DNA of 64,000 nt from Clostridia bacterium (GCA_017397895.1 JAFQHP010000032.1:95785-159784), one strand, 5' to 3'. Shown: positions 36,609 to 45,444, numbered from the stretch's first letter. Translations and numbers: made by a program. The notes: a model not told the origin generated them from the sequence alone.

Positions 36609-38021
36609 ATGAAATATACGTTTCCCAAATCCTTCAAAATCGGCGCAACCGGTGCCGGATGGCAAATGGAAGGCGAGGCTGATAAGCTGCCCCATCAGAA
36701 GCATTTCCCCCATTTGATGTGGGAAAACGACAAAGAGCGCTGGTTCGGTTCCGTGGGGCCGGATATAGGCTGCGATCTGTACCATCATTACCGGGAAGAT
36801 ATCAAGCTGTTCGCCCGGGCCGGCATCAGACAATACCGCTTCAACATCGACTGGAGCCGGTTTATTGACGACTACGAAAACGTTACTGTGAACGAAAAAG
36901 CAGCAGCGTATTATTCCGATACCATTGACTGCATGATCGAAAACGGCATTGAGCCGGTGATCTGCCTGGAGCACTGGGAGCTGCCTGCATACTACTTTGA
37001 AAAGTATGACGGCTATGCCAGCCGCTATGTGGTGGATAAATATGTGGAATATGCCCGCCAGGCATTCCTGCGCTATGGTGACAGGGTGAAGATGTGGTTC
37101 ACCTTCAATGAGCCGGTAGTCATCCCCCAGCTTTGCTTCCAGGACGGCTTCTGGTGGCCCAACCTGCACGAACCCAAGCGTGCTTATCAGTGGATGCATG
37201 GAAAGGTGCTGGCAACAGCCAAGGTGATCAAACTGTTCCGGGATATGCACATGGAGGGCGAAATCGGTACCATTCTCAATGCCTCCCACGTAATTCCACG
37301 GGACAAGAATAACCCTTTTGATGCAAAGGCCGCTGAAGTGGCCCGGGCATTCTTTTGGGGCAATTTTCTGGATCCTGCCGTCAAGGGCGAATACCCGACG
37401 GTTTATCTGGATGTACTGGAAAAGGAGGGCATCCTGTTTGACCTGACGGAAGAAGATAAAGCCCTCATCCGGGAAAACACCGTGGATATCCTGGGGGTCA
37501 ATTACTACCAGCCCATGCGTGTGATGGCCAAGGAAAGCGCATGGGACGAAAGCCAGCCCTTCCATCCCTCCAAATACTTTGATAATTACGATATGCCCGT
37601 AAAGCGCATGAACCCCTTCCGCGGATGGGAAATTTACCCCAAGTGCCTGTACGATATCGGCATGGTGCTGAAAGAAGAATACGACAATGTGAAGTGGCTG
37701 GTATCCGAATCCGGAATGGGCGTGCAAAACGAAGGCACCTACCGAGATGAAAGCGGCGTTATTCAGGACGACTACCGCATCGATTTCATCAGCGAACACC
37801 TGGCCTGGCTGTCAAAGGCGGTAAAAGACGGCTGCAACTGCCATGGCTATTGGTTGTTTGCCTCCATCGACAACTGCTCCCCCTACAACGCCTTCAAGAA
37901 CCGCTACGGTCTGGTGGAAGTGGATATTGAGGACGGCTTCAGGCGCCGCCTGAAAAAATCCGCCGCTTTCTATAAAGCCGCATCCGATACCAACAGCATT
38001 GAATTCAAGGAGATTGAATAA
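36609..38021 (+). CDS. divergent GH1 glycosidase, 6-phospho-beta-glycosidase-like
   Basis: It has the acid/base motif WFTFNEP, the nucleophile region LVSESGMG and the C-terminal SIDNCSPYNAFKNRYGLVEVD. The start at ATG 36609 gives MKYTFPKSF. Confidence 0.8.
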   Translation: MKYTFPKSFKIGATGAGWQMEGEADKLPHQKHFPHLMWENDKERWFGSVGPDIGCDLYHHYREDIKLFARAGIRQYRFNIDWSRFIDDYENVTVNEKAAAYYSDTIDCMIENGIEPVICLEHWELPAYYFEKYDGYASRYVVDKYVEYARQAFLRYGDRVKMWFTFNEPVVIPQLCFQDGFWWPNLHEPKRAYQWMHGKVLATAKVIKLFRDMHMEGEIGTILNASHVIPRDKNNPFDAKAAEVARAFFWGNFLDPAVKGEYPTVYLDVLEKEGILFDLTEEDKALIRENTVDILGVNYYQPMRVMAKESAWDESQPFHPSKYFDNYDMPVKRMNPFRGWEIYPKCLYDIGMVLKEEYDNVKWLVSESGMGVQNEGTYRDESGVIQDDYRIDFISEHLAWLSKAVKDGCNCHGYWLFASIDNCSPYNAFKNRYGLVEVDIEDGFRRRLKKSAAFYKAASDTNSIEFKEIE

Positions 38022-38917
38022 TGTTTATTCTGTCCACCATTTCCAAGTCCACCATCTGGGGCTCCAACCGGCTTTACCCCTTTGGCGGTGATGAAAAAAT
38101 CGAAACCCTGGGCCAGTTGTACACCGCAGCCGGCAACGAAGAATTGTCCTCCCTCATTCTCAACGGCCCCTTTGCCGGCAAAAGCCTTTATGAAGTATAC
38201 CGGGATCAACAGGATCTGTTTGGCTATAACAAATACGAAGGCTTTCCCCTACTGATCGGCTTTGTGGATGCCAATGAGAACCTGTCCATCCAGATTCACC
38301 CCCATGATGAATATGCTCAGGAAGCGGAAAAGAAGCCTTTTGGCAAAAACGAATCCTGGCTGTTCCTGGAAGCGCCCAGGGAAGGCGCCATCATCAACGG
38401 CTGCCCATGCAATTCTTTGGAGGAAGTGAAAGAAAAAATCAGCCGGGATCAATGGTATGACATCATCGGCCATCTGCCTGTGAAACAGAACGATTATGTG
38501 TACGTGGAAAGCGGCACCCTGCACGCCCTCACCGCAGGATCCCTTGTATATGAAATTCAGCAGTCCACCGATATCACCTACCGCTTCTGGGATTATGACC
38601 GGGTGGATAAAGACGGCAACAAGCGTCCCCTGCAGCTGGAAAAGGCGCTGGACGTAGTGAACGTGGACAAAAAATCCCATAGCATCCCCTGTGAAAAAGA
38701 GAAGCTGTATTCTCATCCTTACTACACGGTGAAGGTAGCGGATATTGCCGAAAGCATGAAAAACGACAGCGACACCTTCTGCGTGGTCACCCTGCTGGAG
38801 GGCGCAATTGAAACGAAGGACAGCTGCATCAAAAAGGGTTCCAGCCTGATCCTCCTCCCCCGCGAAACCCTTTCCTTCACCGGCAAGGCCCAGGCCGTCT
38901 TTGCCACCCCTGTGTAA
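38021..38917 (+). CDS. manA: type I phosphomannose isomerase-like cupin
   Basis: Motifs are LSIQIHPHDEYA and KNESWLFLEA. The ATG overlaps the GH1 stop as TAATG. Confidence 0.78.
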   Translation: MFILSTISKSTIWGSNRLYPFGGDEKIETLGQLYTAAGNEELSSLILNGPFAGKSLYEVYRDQQDLFGYNKYEGFPLLIGFVDANENLSIQIHPHDEYAQEAEKKPFGKNESWLFLEAPREGAIINGCPCNSLEEVKEKISRDQWYDIIGHLPVKQNDYVYVESGTLHALTAGSLVYEIQQSTDITYRFWDYDRVDKDGNKRPLQLEKALDVVNVDKKSHSIPCEKEKLYSHPYYTVKVADIAESMKNDSDTFCVVTLLEGAIETKDSCIKKGSSLILLPRETLSFTGKAQAVFATPV

Positions 38918-38930
38918 AGGAGAATGCAAA

Positions 38931-39605
38931 ATGAAGCTCTATCCTTCCCTCATGTGTGTGGATTTTTCCAGGCTGAACAGTGAAATTGAAGCACTGGACA
39001 ATACCGATATTGCCGGCTACCACATTGACATTATGGACGCTAATTTCGTGCCAAATTTTGCCCTGGGCTCCAATGACATCAAGGCCGTTGCCGCCCTATC
39101 TAAAAAAGAGCTGGACGTGCATCTGATGGTGAACAACGCCGATTTTGCCATCCATCCTTTCCTGAACCTGCCGGTGCAGCGCATCTCATTCCATTACGAA
39201 GCCTGCGTGCATCATCACCGGGTGGTGTCCCTCATCAAGGGCAAGGGCATGAAGGCCGGCGTTGCCATCAACCCCGGTACCTCCGTCAGCTGCATCCGGG
39301 ATCTTCTGCCGGAATTGGATTTTGTACTGGTGATGAGCGTCAACCCCGGTTTTGCCGGCCAGCAGTTCCTGGAGTTCACCGCAGCCAAAATGCAGGAATT
39401 GTGCCGCATCCGCAAGGAAGAAAACTTGTCCTTCGAAATTGAAGTGGACGGCTCTACGGCGCCGGACAAAATCCAGCGGCTGTCCGGCTATGGCGTGGAC
39501 AGCTTTGTGCTGGGCACGGCTGCCCTTTTCAACAAAAACAGGCCATACGGCGATATTGTGCCGGAGCTGATGGCCCTGGAAAAGCAAGAGGAGCGCATAA
39601 AATGA
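38931..39605 (+). CDS. hexulose-6-phosphate 3-epimerase, AlsE-like (rpe paralog)
   Basis: It has the N-terminus MKLYPSLMCVDF and the motifs HIDIMDANFVPN and EVDGS. This contrasts with the housekeeping Rpe, which has APSMLAADL. Confidence 0.82.
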   Translation: MKLYPSLMCVDFSRLNSEIEALDNTDIAGYHIDIMDANFVPNFALGSNDIKAVAALSKKELDVHLMVNNADFAIHPFLNLPVQRISFHYEACVHHHRVVSLIKGKGMKAGVAINPGTSVSCIRDLLPELDFVLVMSVNPGFAGQQFLEFTAAKMQELCRIRKEENLSFEIEVDGSTAPDKIQRLSGYGVDSFVLGTAALFNKNRPYGDIVPELMALEKQEERIK

Positions 39606-40477
39606 ATTACCTTGGCATTGACGTGGGCGGCAGCAAGATCAAAACCGGCATTGTGAACCATCATGGGCAGATTATCTGGAACGGCTCCATGCCCATCCCG
39701 CCGGATTTTCCTGCCTTCAAGCAGGCCATTGTTAATCTCTACTGCAGCCTTGAAGGAGAATATCATCCTGCCGGTATCGGCATCTCCTCCTGCGGCGGCA
39801 TCAACCCCTACACCGGAGACGTCACCCCCTGCATTGCCCCCTCCCTGCAATACCTCATCGGCGAAAATTACTATGAACTGCGTTCCCTGCTGCCTGTTCC
39901 CATTGCCCTGGAAAAGGACGGCAATTGTGCTGCTTTGGGTGAAAAATGGACCGGCAGCGGCAAGGACTTGGAAAGCTATTGCGCCCTTGTGCTGGGCACC
40001 GGCCTTGGCGGCGGCGTAATTTACAAAAATCAGGTCTATGAAGGGGCCCATTTCCTGGCAGGCGATGTGGGCTACGGCTTCCCCTCCCCGGATGCCGAAG
40101 CCGGTTTTTCCGGTCTGTGCGCGCCGGTGCAGGTAGAACAAAAGTATGAAGAGATGACCGGTGATAAAATGAACATCGCCCAGATGTACGCCGCAAGGAA
40201 TGAAAATGCCGTTGCCGCCCGGTGCTGCGAAAGCTTTTTCATGAATCTGGCCAACACTATCGTCAACATGCAGTACATTCTGGATCCTGAGGCTTTCCTG
40301 CTGGGCGGCGGCATCACGGCCTGGGAAGAATTGATTCCCTTGCTTCAGCAAACCATTCATGCCCTTTGCAAAAAACGGGGCCTGCCCGTCACCCCCGTTG
40401 TAAAGCGCTGCGTGCACCAAAATGGCGCTAACCTCATCGGTGCCGTGTATAACCTGAAAATCAAAGAGAACCTGTAA
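39602..40477 (+). CDS. ROK-family sugar kinase (no HTH domain)
   Basis: Motifs are GIDVGGSKIKTG, EKDGNCAALGEKW and LAGDVGYG. The start overlaps the epimerase stop as ATGA. Confidence 0.8.
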   Translation: MNYLGIDVGGSKIKTGIVNHHGQIIWNGSMPIPPDFPAFKQAIVNLYCSLEGEYHPAGIGISSCGGINPYTGDVTPCIAPSLQYLIGENYYELRSLLPVPIALEKDGNCAALGEKWTGSGKDLESYCALVLGTGLGGGVIYKNQVYEGAHFLAGDVGYGFPSPDAEAGFSGLCAPVQVEQKYEEMTGDKMNIAQMYAARNENAVAARCCESFFMNLANTIVNMQYILDPEAFLLGGGITAWEELIPLLQQTIHALCKKRGLPVTPVVKRCVHQNGANLIGAVYNLKIKENL

Positions 40478-40479
40478 AC

Positions 40480-40511
40480 AAAAGCCCCGCAGGTCATTCT
40501 GCGGGGCTTTT
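40480..40511. terminator. intrinsic terminator closing the GH1 operon
   Basis: Hairpin GCCCCGCAG-gtcatt-CTGCGGGGC is flanked by A and T runs. Confidence 0.85.
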
Positions 40512-40594
40512 GCTATGTCGATACTGAGAGGAATTGGCAAATTCGACAGGTACAGTCCGGTTGAAAAAGGCAGGGTTTCCCCCGCCTTCATTTA

Positions 40595-40960
40595 TTATAC
40601 TTTTTCCATGTACCGGCAGATTGCATCAAAGGTTTCGTCTGAAATATCGTGCTCAATCTTGCAGGCATCTTCCCGGGCCACGCTTTCGGTGACCCCCAGG
40701 CGAATCAGCAAAGAGGACAGTACCTTGTGCCGCTCATACATGTGCCGGGCAATCTTTTCCCCGGGAACCGACAAAAGAATATAATTGTCTTTATCGAAGG
40801 TGATATAGCCGTTTTCCCGCAGCTTTTTCATGGCCACGCTGACGGAGGGTTTTGTCACCCCCAGCGCCTGCGCCACGTCCACGCTGCGTACATAACCCTT
40901 CTGCTCCCGGATCATCAGGATCATTTCCAGATAATCCTCTGCTGACTTATGAATGGTCAA
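40595..40960 (-). CDS. DtxR/MntR-family metal-dependent regulator
   Basis: It has SAEDYLEMILMI, an HTH at RSVDVAQALGVTKPSVSVAMKKL, and a helical metal-binding C-terminus. The TTG start at 40960 follows AAGGGGGAG. Confidence 0.8.
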   Translation of the reverse strand: MTIHKSAEDYLEMILMIREQKGYVRSVDVAQALGVTKPSVSVAMKKLRENGYITFDKDNYILLSVPGEKIARHMYERHKVLSSLLIRLGVTESVAREDACKIEHDISDETFDAICRYMEKV

Positions 40961-40985
40961 TTTTTGTCTCCCCCTTTTCGGAAGC

Positions 40986-42488
40986 TCATTCACAGATACC
41001 GGGGCACACATACCCCCGGCTTTCTTCCTTCCTGAACGGCGTCAATTCGAAATATACAACAGAATTGGCCACTAAACATTGTTCGACGCAAATGCCGTTT
41101 TCTCCTGCTTTTTCATTCCAGGCTTTTCCGTGAGGATGATCGTTTTCCTGTAAAAGGGCAAGCTGTGCATCCGTCAGGGATGCAGGCTGGCCCATCCCAT
41201 TCCAGATTTTCAACGGGTTTCCGTGGTCCATATCCACGGTGCGGGTCACAATGCCCCATTCCCCTTCCAGGCCAGGCAGGGAAAGACGGATATTGAGTTC
41301 TTCCTTTTCCAGGTTCCACATCACGCCCCGGATATGCCCCTTCTCCGTGCGGACAAACAGGCATTCATCCGTCCGCAGGATCAGTTTGCCTTCCAGCTTC
41401 TTGAAGAACTCGAAAGTCCAGTAGGTAGGCTTTCTCACCATCCCGTTGGCCACCAGCCCAAAGCCGCCGTGGAAAATACGGTCCGGAATCCCTTGCTCTT
41501 CAAACACATCGCCAAACGTCCAGTAGGAATAGGAGGCACAGGTATCGCCAAGCCTTGCAATCAATCCGGCAATCAGCGCTGCATTGTACACTGTATCATG
41601 GGTGGGACAGAAGGGATGGTAAGAGGTGTTGTATTCCGTAATGTGCAGCTCATATCCTTTGTATTCCGGGAAGGAATCAATCAGCGCCCGGGTTTCTTCG
41701 GCTTCCGCAATGCTGCGTTCCGGCTTGCACATTTCCTGATACAGGTAACGCCCCTGACGGCTGGGCTGTTGGCCCATATAAATGTGGCGGGTCACAAAAT
41801 CCACCGGTACATGATTGTCCCTGCAATGCTCCAGGAAAGTGCGGATATAGGGCATACATTTATCCCCGCCGCATACCGCAGGGCCGCCCACCCGCATCCC
41901 GGGCAGCACTTCCTTCACCGCCGCCACGGATACGTCATACAGCTTCAGATACGCATCCAGGTCGGCATTTTCCCAGAAACCGGGCAGGTTGGGTTCATTC
42001 CACACTTCCACCGGCCAGGTACCCACTTCTTCCGCGCCATAGCGTTCACAAAGGTGCTTCAGCAGCGCCTTGACCATATCCGCCCACTGCTGATGATCCT
42101 TGGGCGGGGTGGTATTGCCTTCCCAGTAGAAAATGGTCTGCTTGCCGCTGGCCATCTTTTTGGGCATGAAGCCCAGCTCCAGGAAGGGCTTCAGCCCGGC
42201 CTTCAGGTAGCTGTCCATGATGCGGTCAAAATAGGTGAAATTATAGCGCGCTTCCACCACGTCGCCCTTTTCGTCAAGCACAGGCCAGTAAATGCCCACG
42301 TCATCGCAGAAAAGGCCGTGGCCCCGGATGTGGGAAAAACCAATTTCCTTTTGCACCAGCTGCATCTGCTTTTGATATTCTTCCTGCAGCGCAAGGCCCA
42401 TTCTGCCCGTACCGATGCAAAATGCCATATTGTTTTTAAACGCTTCTTCCGCTGCCAGATTTGCGGTATACCGTTTTTCAGTTGCCAT
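40986..42488 (-). CDS. GH39 beta-xylosidase
   Basis: Motifs are VEVWNEPNLPGFW (acid/base) and LHITEYNTSY (nucleophile). The start at ATG 42488 follows GAAAGGAAG. The promoter is TTGAAG-17-TATAAT. Confidence 0.85.
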   Translation of the reverse strand: MATEKRYTANLAAEEAFKNNMAFCIGTGRMGLALQEEYQKQMQLVQKEIGFSHIRGHGLFCDDVGIYWPVLDEKGDVVEARYNFTYFDRIMDSYLKAGLKPFLELGFMPKKMASGKQTIFYWEGNTTPPKDHQQWADMVKALLKHLCERYGAEEVGTWPVEVWNEPNLPGFWENADLDAYLKLYDVSVAAVKEVLPGMRVGGPAVCGGDKCMPYIRTFLEHCRDNHVPVDFVTRHIYMGQQPSRQGRYLYQEMCKPERSIAEAEETRALIDSFPEYKGYELHITEYNTSYHPFCPTHDTVYNAALIAGLIARLGDTCASYSYWTFGDVFEEQGIPDRIFHGGFGLVANGMVRKPTYWTFEFFKKLEGKLILRTDECLFVRTEKGHIRGVMWNLEKEELNIRLSLPGLEGEWGIVTRTVDMDHGNPLKIWNGMGQPASLTDAQLALLQENDHPHGKAWNEKAGENGICVEQCLVANSVVYFELTPFRKEESRGYVCPGICE

Positions 42489-42583
42489 GGAAAACACGCT
42501 TCCTTTCACAACAATTGTTTTTTGATTATAGCATATTCCTAATATTGCTTCAAGAAAATGCTTCTTTTTGTCGCAAAAGAAAA

Positions 42584-42618
42584 CAAAAAAACTGTGCTGT
42601 CCATTTCAGACAGCACAG
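42584..42618 (-). terminator. intrinsic terminator after the zinc-ribbon gene
   Basis: Hairpin CTGTGCTGTC-catttca-GACAGCACAG is followed by T7 on the minus strand. Confidence 0.85.
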
Positions 42619-42631
42619 CTGTTAGCCAATC

Positions 42632-42919
42632 TTAGTACTGGGGACGGTTCTTGGCGAAGCAGTCGCGGCAGTACACGGGCTTATCGCCACGGGGCTGGAA
42701 GGGAACCTGGGTGGTGCAGCCGCAACCATCGCAGATCACTTCGAACATCTGGCGTTCGCCACGGTTGTTGTTGCCATTGGCGCGGCGAGCAGCGCGGCAA
42801 GCGGGGCAACGGCCGGGCTCATTCTGGAAGCCCTTTTCGGCGTAGAAAGCCTGTTCGGAAGCGGTGAAGGTGAATTCCTGACCGCATTCACGGCAAGTGA
42901 GAGTCTTGTCCTGATACAT
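42632..42919 (-). CDS. double zinc-ribbon protein (CxxC...CxxC twice, second is CxxC-x17-CxxC)
   Basis: 95 aa, beginning MYQDKTLTCRECGQEFTF...CPACR...CDGCGCTTQVPFQPRGDKPVYCRDC. The start at ATG 42919 follows GGAGGAAAACACC. Confidence 0.8.
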   Translation of the reverse strand: MYQDKTLTCRECGQEFTFTASEQAFYAEKGFQNEPGRCPACRAARRANGNNNRGERQMFEVICDGCGCTTQVPFQPRGDKPVYCRDCFAKNRPQY

Positions 42920-43073
42920 GGTGTTTTCCTCCAAATAATTTCTTTGCCAAACCGAGAGATGATACGTTCCGGTAGTTTCCGTTGGGCTTCTTGGCATCTG
43001 TCGGATGGACGATGAGCAAAACCGGGAGGAACACCTGAAATAGATCCAAAGGCTTGGTCTCACGGGCATTATA
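42920..43073 (-). promoter_or_regulatory. extended -10 promoter plus a leader of about 140 nt with an anti-SD element
   Basis: On the minus strand, TGATATAAT gives a -10 at 43073-43068. The leader segment GGUGUUCCUCC (43035-43025) is complementary to the SD region GGAGGAAAACACC (42932-42920). Confidence 0.45.
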
Positions 43074-43218
43074 TCACATTGTATTTCAATTGTATACCTC
43101 TTTTTGAAAATTTTTTTACAGAAAAATTATGATGCCTATTTCGATGTTTTTTCTCCTTTCTTTACTTTTTTCGCACATTTATATATAATGATCTTATCAA
43201 AAGAAGGAGGGCAGAAGC

Positions 43219-43608
43219 ATGGTGGATTATGTTGAGCTGGGCAAACGCATTCGCTATCGCAGGCAGCTGCTTGGCAAAACACAAAAGGAAGTCGCTGCGC
43301 AGATCAACGTGGCTGCCTCCTATTACAGCAATATTGAAAGAGGCATCCGGGTGCCCAGCGTGGACACCTTGGTTGCCATTGCCAATGTCCTGGAAACCGG
43401 CGTGGATATGCTGCTGGTAGACAGCCTGGCAAACCTTCTCCCACGCCGCAGCAGCGACGAAATGCGGGTCATCCACCAGTTCCTGCGAGAGGAGATGGAA
43501 AAGATGGATTTTTCCATTTTTGATCAATTGAAAGAAGAAGGTGTGATCGACAGGCCTTTACATGATAAACCGTTGGTTGACCTGACTTATCCTGATGAAG
43601 AAGAATAA
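43219..43608 (+). CDS. XRE-family HTH transcriptional regulator
   Basis: The HTH_3 signature is RRQLLGKTQKEVAAQINVAASYYSNIERG. The start follows GAAGGAGGG. Confidence 0.8.
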   Translation: MVDYVELGKRIRYRRQLLGKTQKEVAAQINVAASYYSNIERGIRVPSVDTLVAIANVLETGVDMLLVDSLANLLPRRSSDEMRVIHQFLREEMEKMDFSIFDQLKEEGVIDRPLHDKPLVDLTYPDEEE

Positions 43609-43612
43609 AAAG

Positions 43613-43648
43613 AAAACCCATCCAACGATACCGGATGGGTTCCTTTTT
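43613..43648. terminator. bidirectional intrinsic terminator
   Basis: Hairpin AACCCATCC-aacgatacc-GGATGGGTT is flanked by A and T runs. Confidence 0.75.
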
Positions 43649-44555
43649 ATTCGTTTGCTTTCAGATGCAGCATATTTTCCAGCACGATGACACCCTTCCA
43701 CATATACTTTGCCGCTTCATATTCCTTATAGTCATTGTACCACTGCCACGGAACATGGAAGGAACCGTCTTCTTTCTGTGTCCTGCGGATAAAACCGCAT
43801 TCATATTTCACGATATCCAGATTATCCTTGTAGAACATACTACCCGGCACGATCCGGAAAGCGGAAGGTTTGGTCACATAATCCGTCTCCCATTTTGCCG
43901 TATCGGTATCAATATTGCATTTCACCTGCGTTTTCAAAAGTGTTTCAAACTGCTCCATGTCCGCAAGTGTAATTTTATTTCTTTTCAGGCATTCATACAA
44001 CGGAATAAAGCAAGCCGTTTCGTGGCGTTCCACAGCCGGCACATGGCCAAAAAACCATTGTACTGCTTCTTGGGCAATTTTCAGTGCTTTGTGATACAGG
44101 CTGCTCCCTGCATCCGCATAGTCCAGAATGAACGCCGCCAGCATGGCTGTGGGGTTATACTTGTAATCGCTCTCTCCCCCAAACCCCCACCAGATGGCAT
44201 GGGGATAATCATTATTGGAGGGAATGGTGTTCATCCACTGATTCTTATCCGTATTGAAATGCACACCGCTATCCAGGAATTTCAGAATACCCAGTACCAC
44301 GGGGTGTTCTTTATCCTTCCAGCCAATTTCGTACAGAATATCACAGGCATTCCAGGTGGTGATGGGTGAAGAATGTGGGTTCCAGTTATCCGCCTCCAGC
44401 CCGTGGCCGAAGCCGCCGTCCTCATTCTGGTAGAAGGTCAGCGCCCGGATCACATTTTCCCGGCCGCCGTTTTCGAAATGGTACTGCCATCTGGCCAGGT
44501 CCACCGGCCTCGCATACCGGTACATAAATCCTCTTGCTTTTTCAAACGTATCCAT
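43647..44555 (-). CDS. hypothetical alpha/alpha-toroid protein (prenyltransferase/terpene-cyclase-like repeats)
   Basis: It has YQNEDGGFGHGLE and a second KEDGSFHVPWQW repeat. The start at ATG 44555 follows AAGGAG. The family call is tentative. Confidence 0.55.
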   Translation of the reverse strand: MDTFEKARGFMYRYARPVDLARWQYHFENGGRENVIRALTFYQNEDGGFGHGLEADNWNPHSSPITTWNACDILYEIGWKDKEHPVVLGILKFLDSGVHFNTDKNQWMNTIPSNNDYPHAIWWGFGGESDYKYNPTAMLAAFILDYADAGSSLYHKALKIAQEAVQWFFGHVPAVERHETACFIPLYECLKRNKITLADMEQFETLLKTQVKCNIDTDTAKWETDYVTKPSAFRIVPGSMFYKDNLDIVKYECGFIRRTQKEDGSFHVPWQWYNDYKEYEAAKYMWKGVIVLENMLHLKANE

Positions 44556-44624
44556 ACAGCCGCTCCTTTGTTTTTTCTGCATTATGCCATGTCCGTACCG
44601 TTCTGTCTTGTAAAAATTCGACAG

Positions 44625-45444
44625 CTACCGGTATGTTTTTGCAAATTCCAGGGCCTGGGCAGGCGTCATCAGATGATGTCTTTTAAAATCATGCAGCAGA
44701 TGCGCCTGATCGGTATATCCGTACTTTTCTACAGCGTCTATCACATCAAAATGCGGGCTGGAGACCATCTCCTGCCAAAGCAATTGATACCGTACAAGGG
44801 AGGAAAATGCCTTGGGCGCTATGCCCATCTGCCGCTGAAACGCCCGCTCCAGCCCCCGGCTGGATACTCCGGTATACCCTTCTATTTCCGTTATTCTTTC
44901 CCTGCCCCTGGTTTCCAGCATTCTGTAAACAGCGTTCAGCACATTGGGATCGGCTTTGTTCTTTTCCATTCTTTCAAGCAGCACCTTTTCTGCCGCCTGA
45001 ATTTTTCCTTCCATTCCATGGATGTCAAACAGCAACGGCGCCAGCGCTTTTTTGATATCTGAGATCACCATGTCGCAGGAAAGGCGGCCGTTCATTGTTC
45101 CTGCAAAGTGTATATCCGAAAACACACAGGCCGTCCAGGCGTAAAAGCGAATTGCGAATGTAGCCACCGTATCGGGAAAGCTTTCCCCCACACTCATCTG
45201 TGATGTATCATCCAGGGCACAGAACACATCGCTTATCGCATTCCTGGAATAATTGATGTCGAAAATCACGTCCATGCAGGTATCCGGAATCACAATGCCC
45301 TGCCGGCCTTCCTTCTTGCCGCCGTGCACCGGCTGCTTTGTGCCCCAGAAGCAGCGGATTATAGGGCTTCAGCGCATCGCAGGGGGCCCATTCCATATAG
45401 GTTTCGTCGCTTTGAAAAGGCGTACCGGTAATGGGATGATACAT
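44625..45444 (-). pseudogene. AraC-family regulator interrupted by a 1-nt frameshift
   Basis: The N-terminal piece (MYHPITGTPFQSDETYMEWAPCDALKPY) and the C-terminal piece (IIRCFWGTKQPVHGGKK...AraC HTH GYTDQAHLLHDFKRHHLMTP) lie in adjacent frames. They join near 45358-45366. Confidence 0.7.

Noticed and set aside
34500-37799. Minus-strand ORFs of 595 aa and 435 aa lie antisense to the GH10 and GH1 genes. Similar cases occur at 11292-12329, 39488-40591, 41223-42542 and 56759-58270.
   Set aside because: All are codon-aligned with a sense gene that carries diagnostic motifs. They are artefacts of the avoidance of TTA, CTA and TCA codons in this genome.
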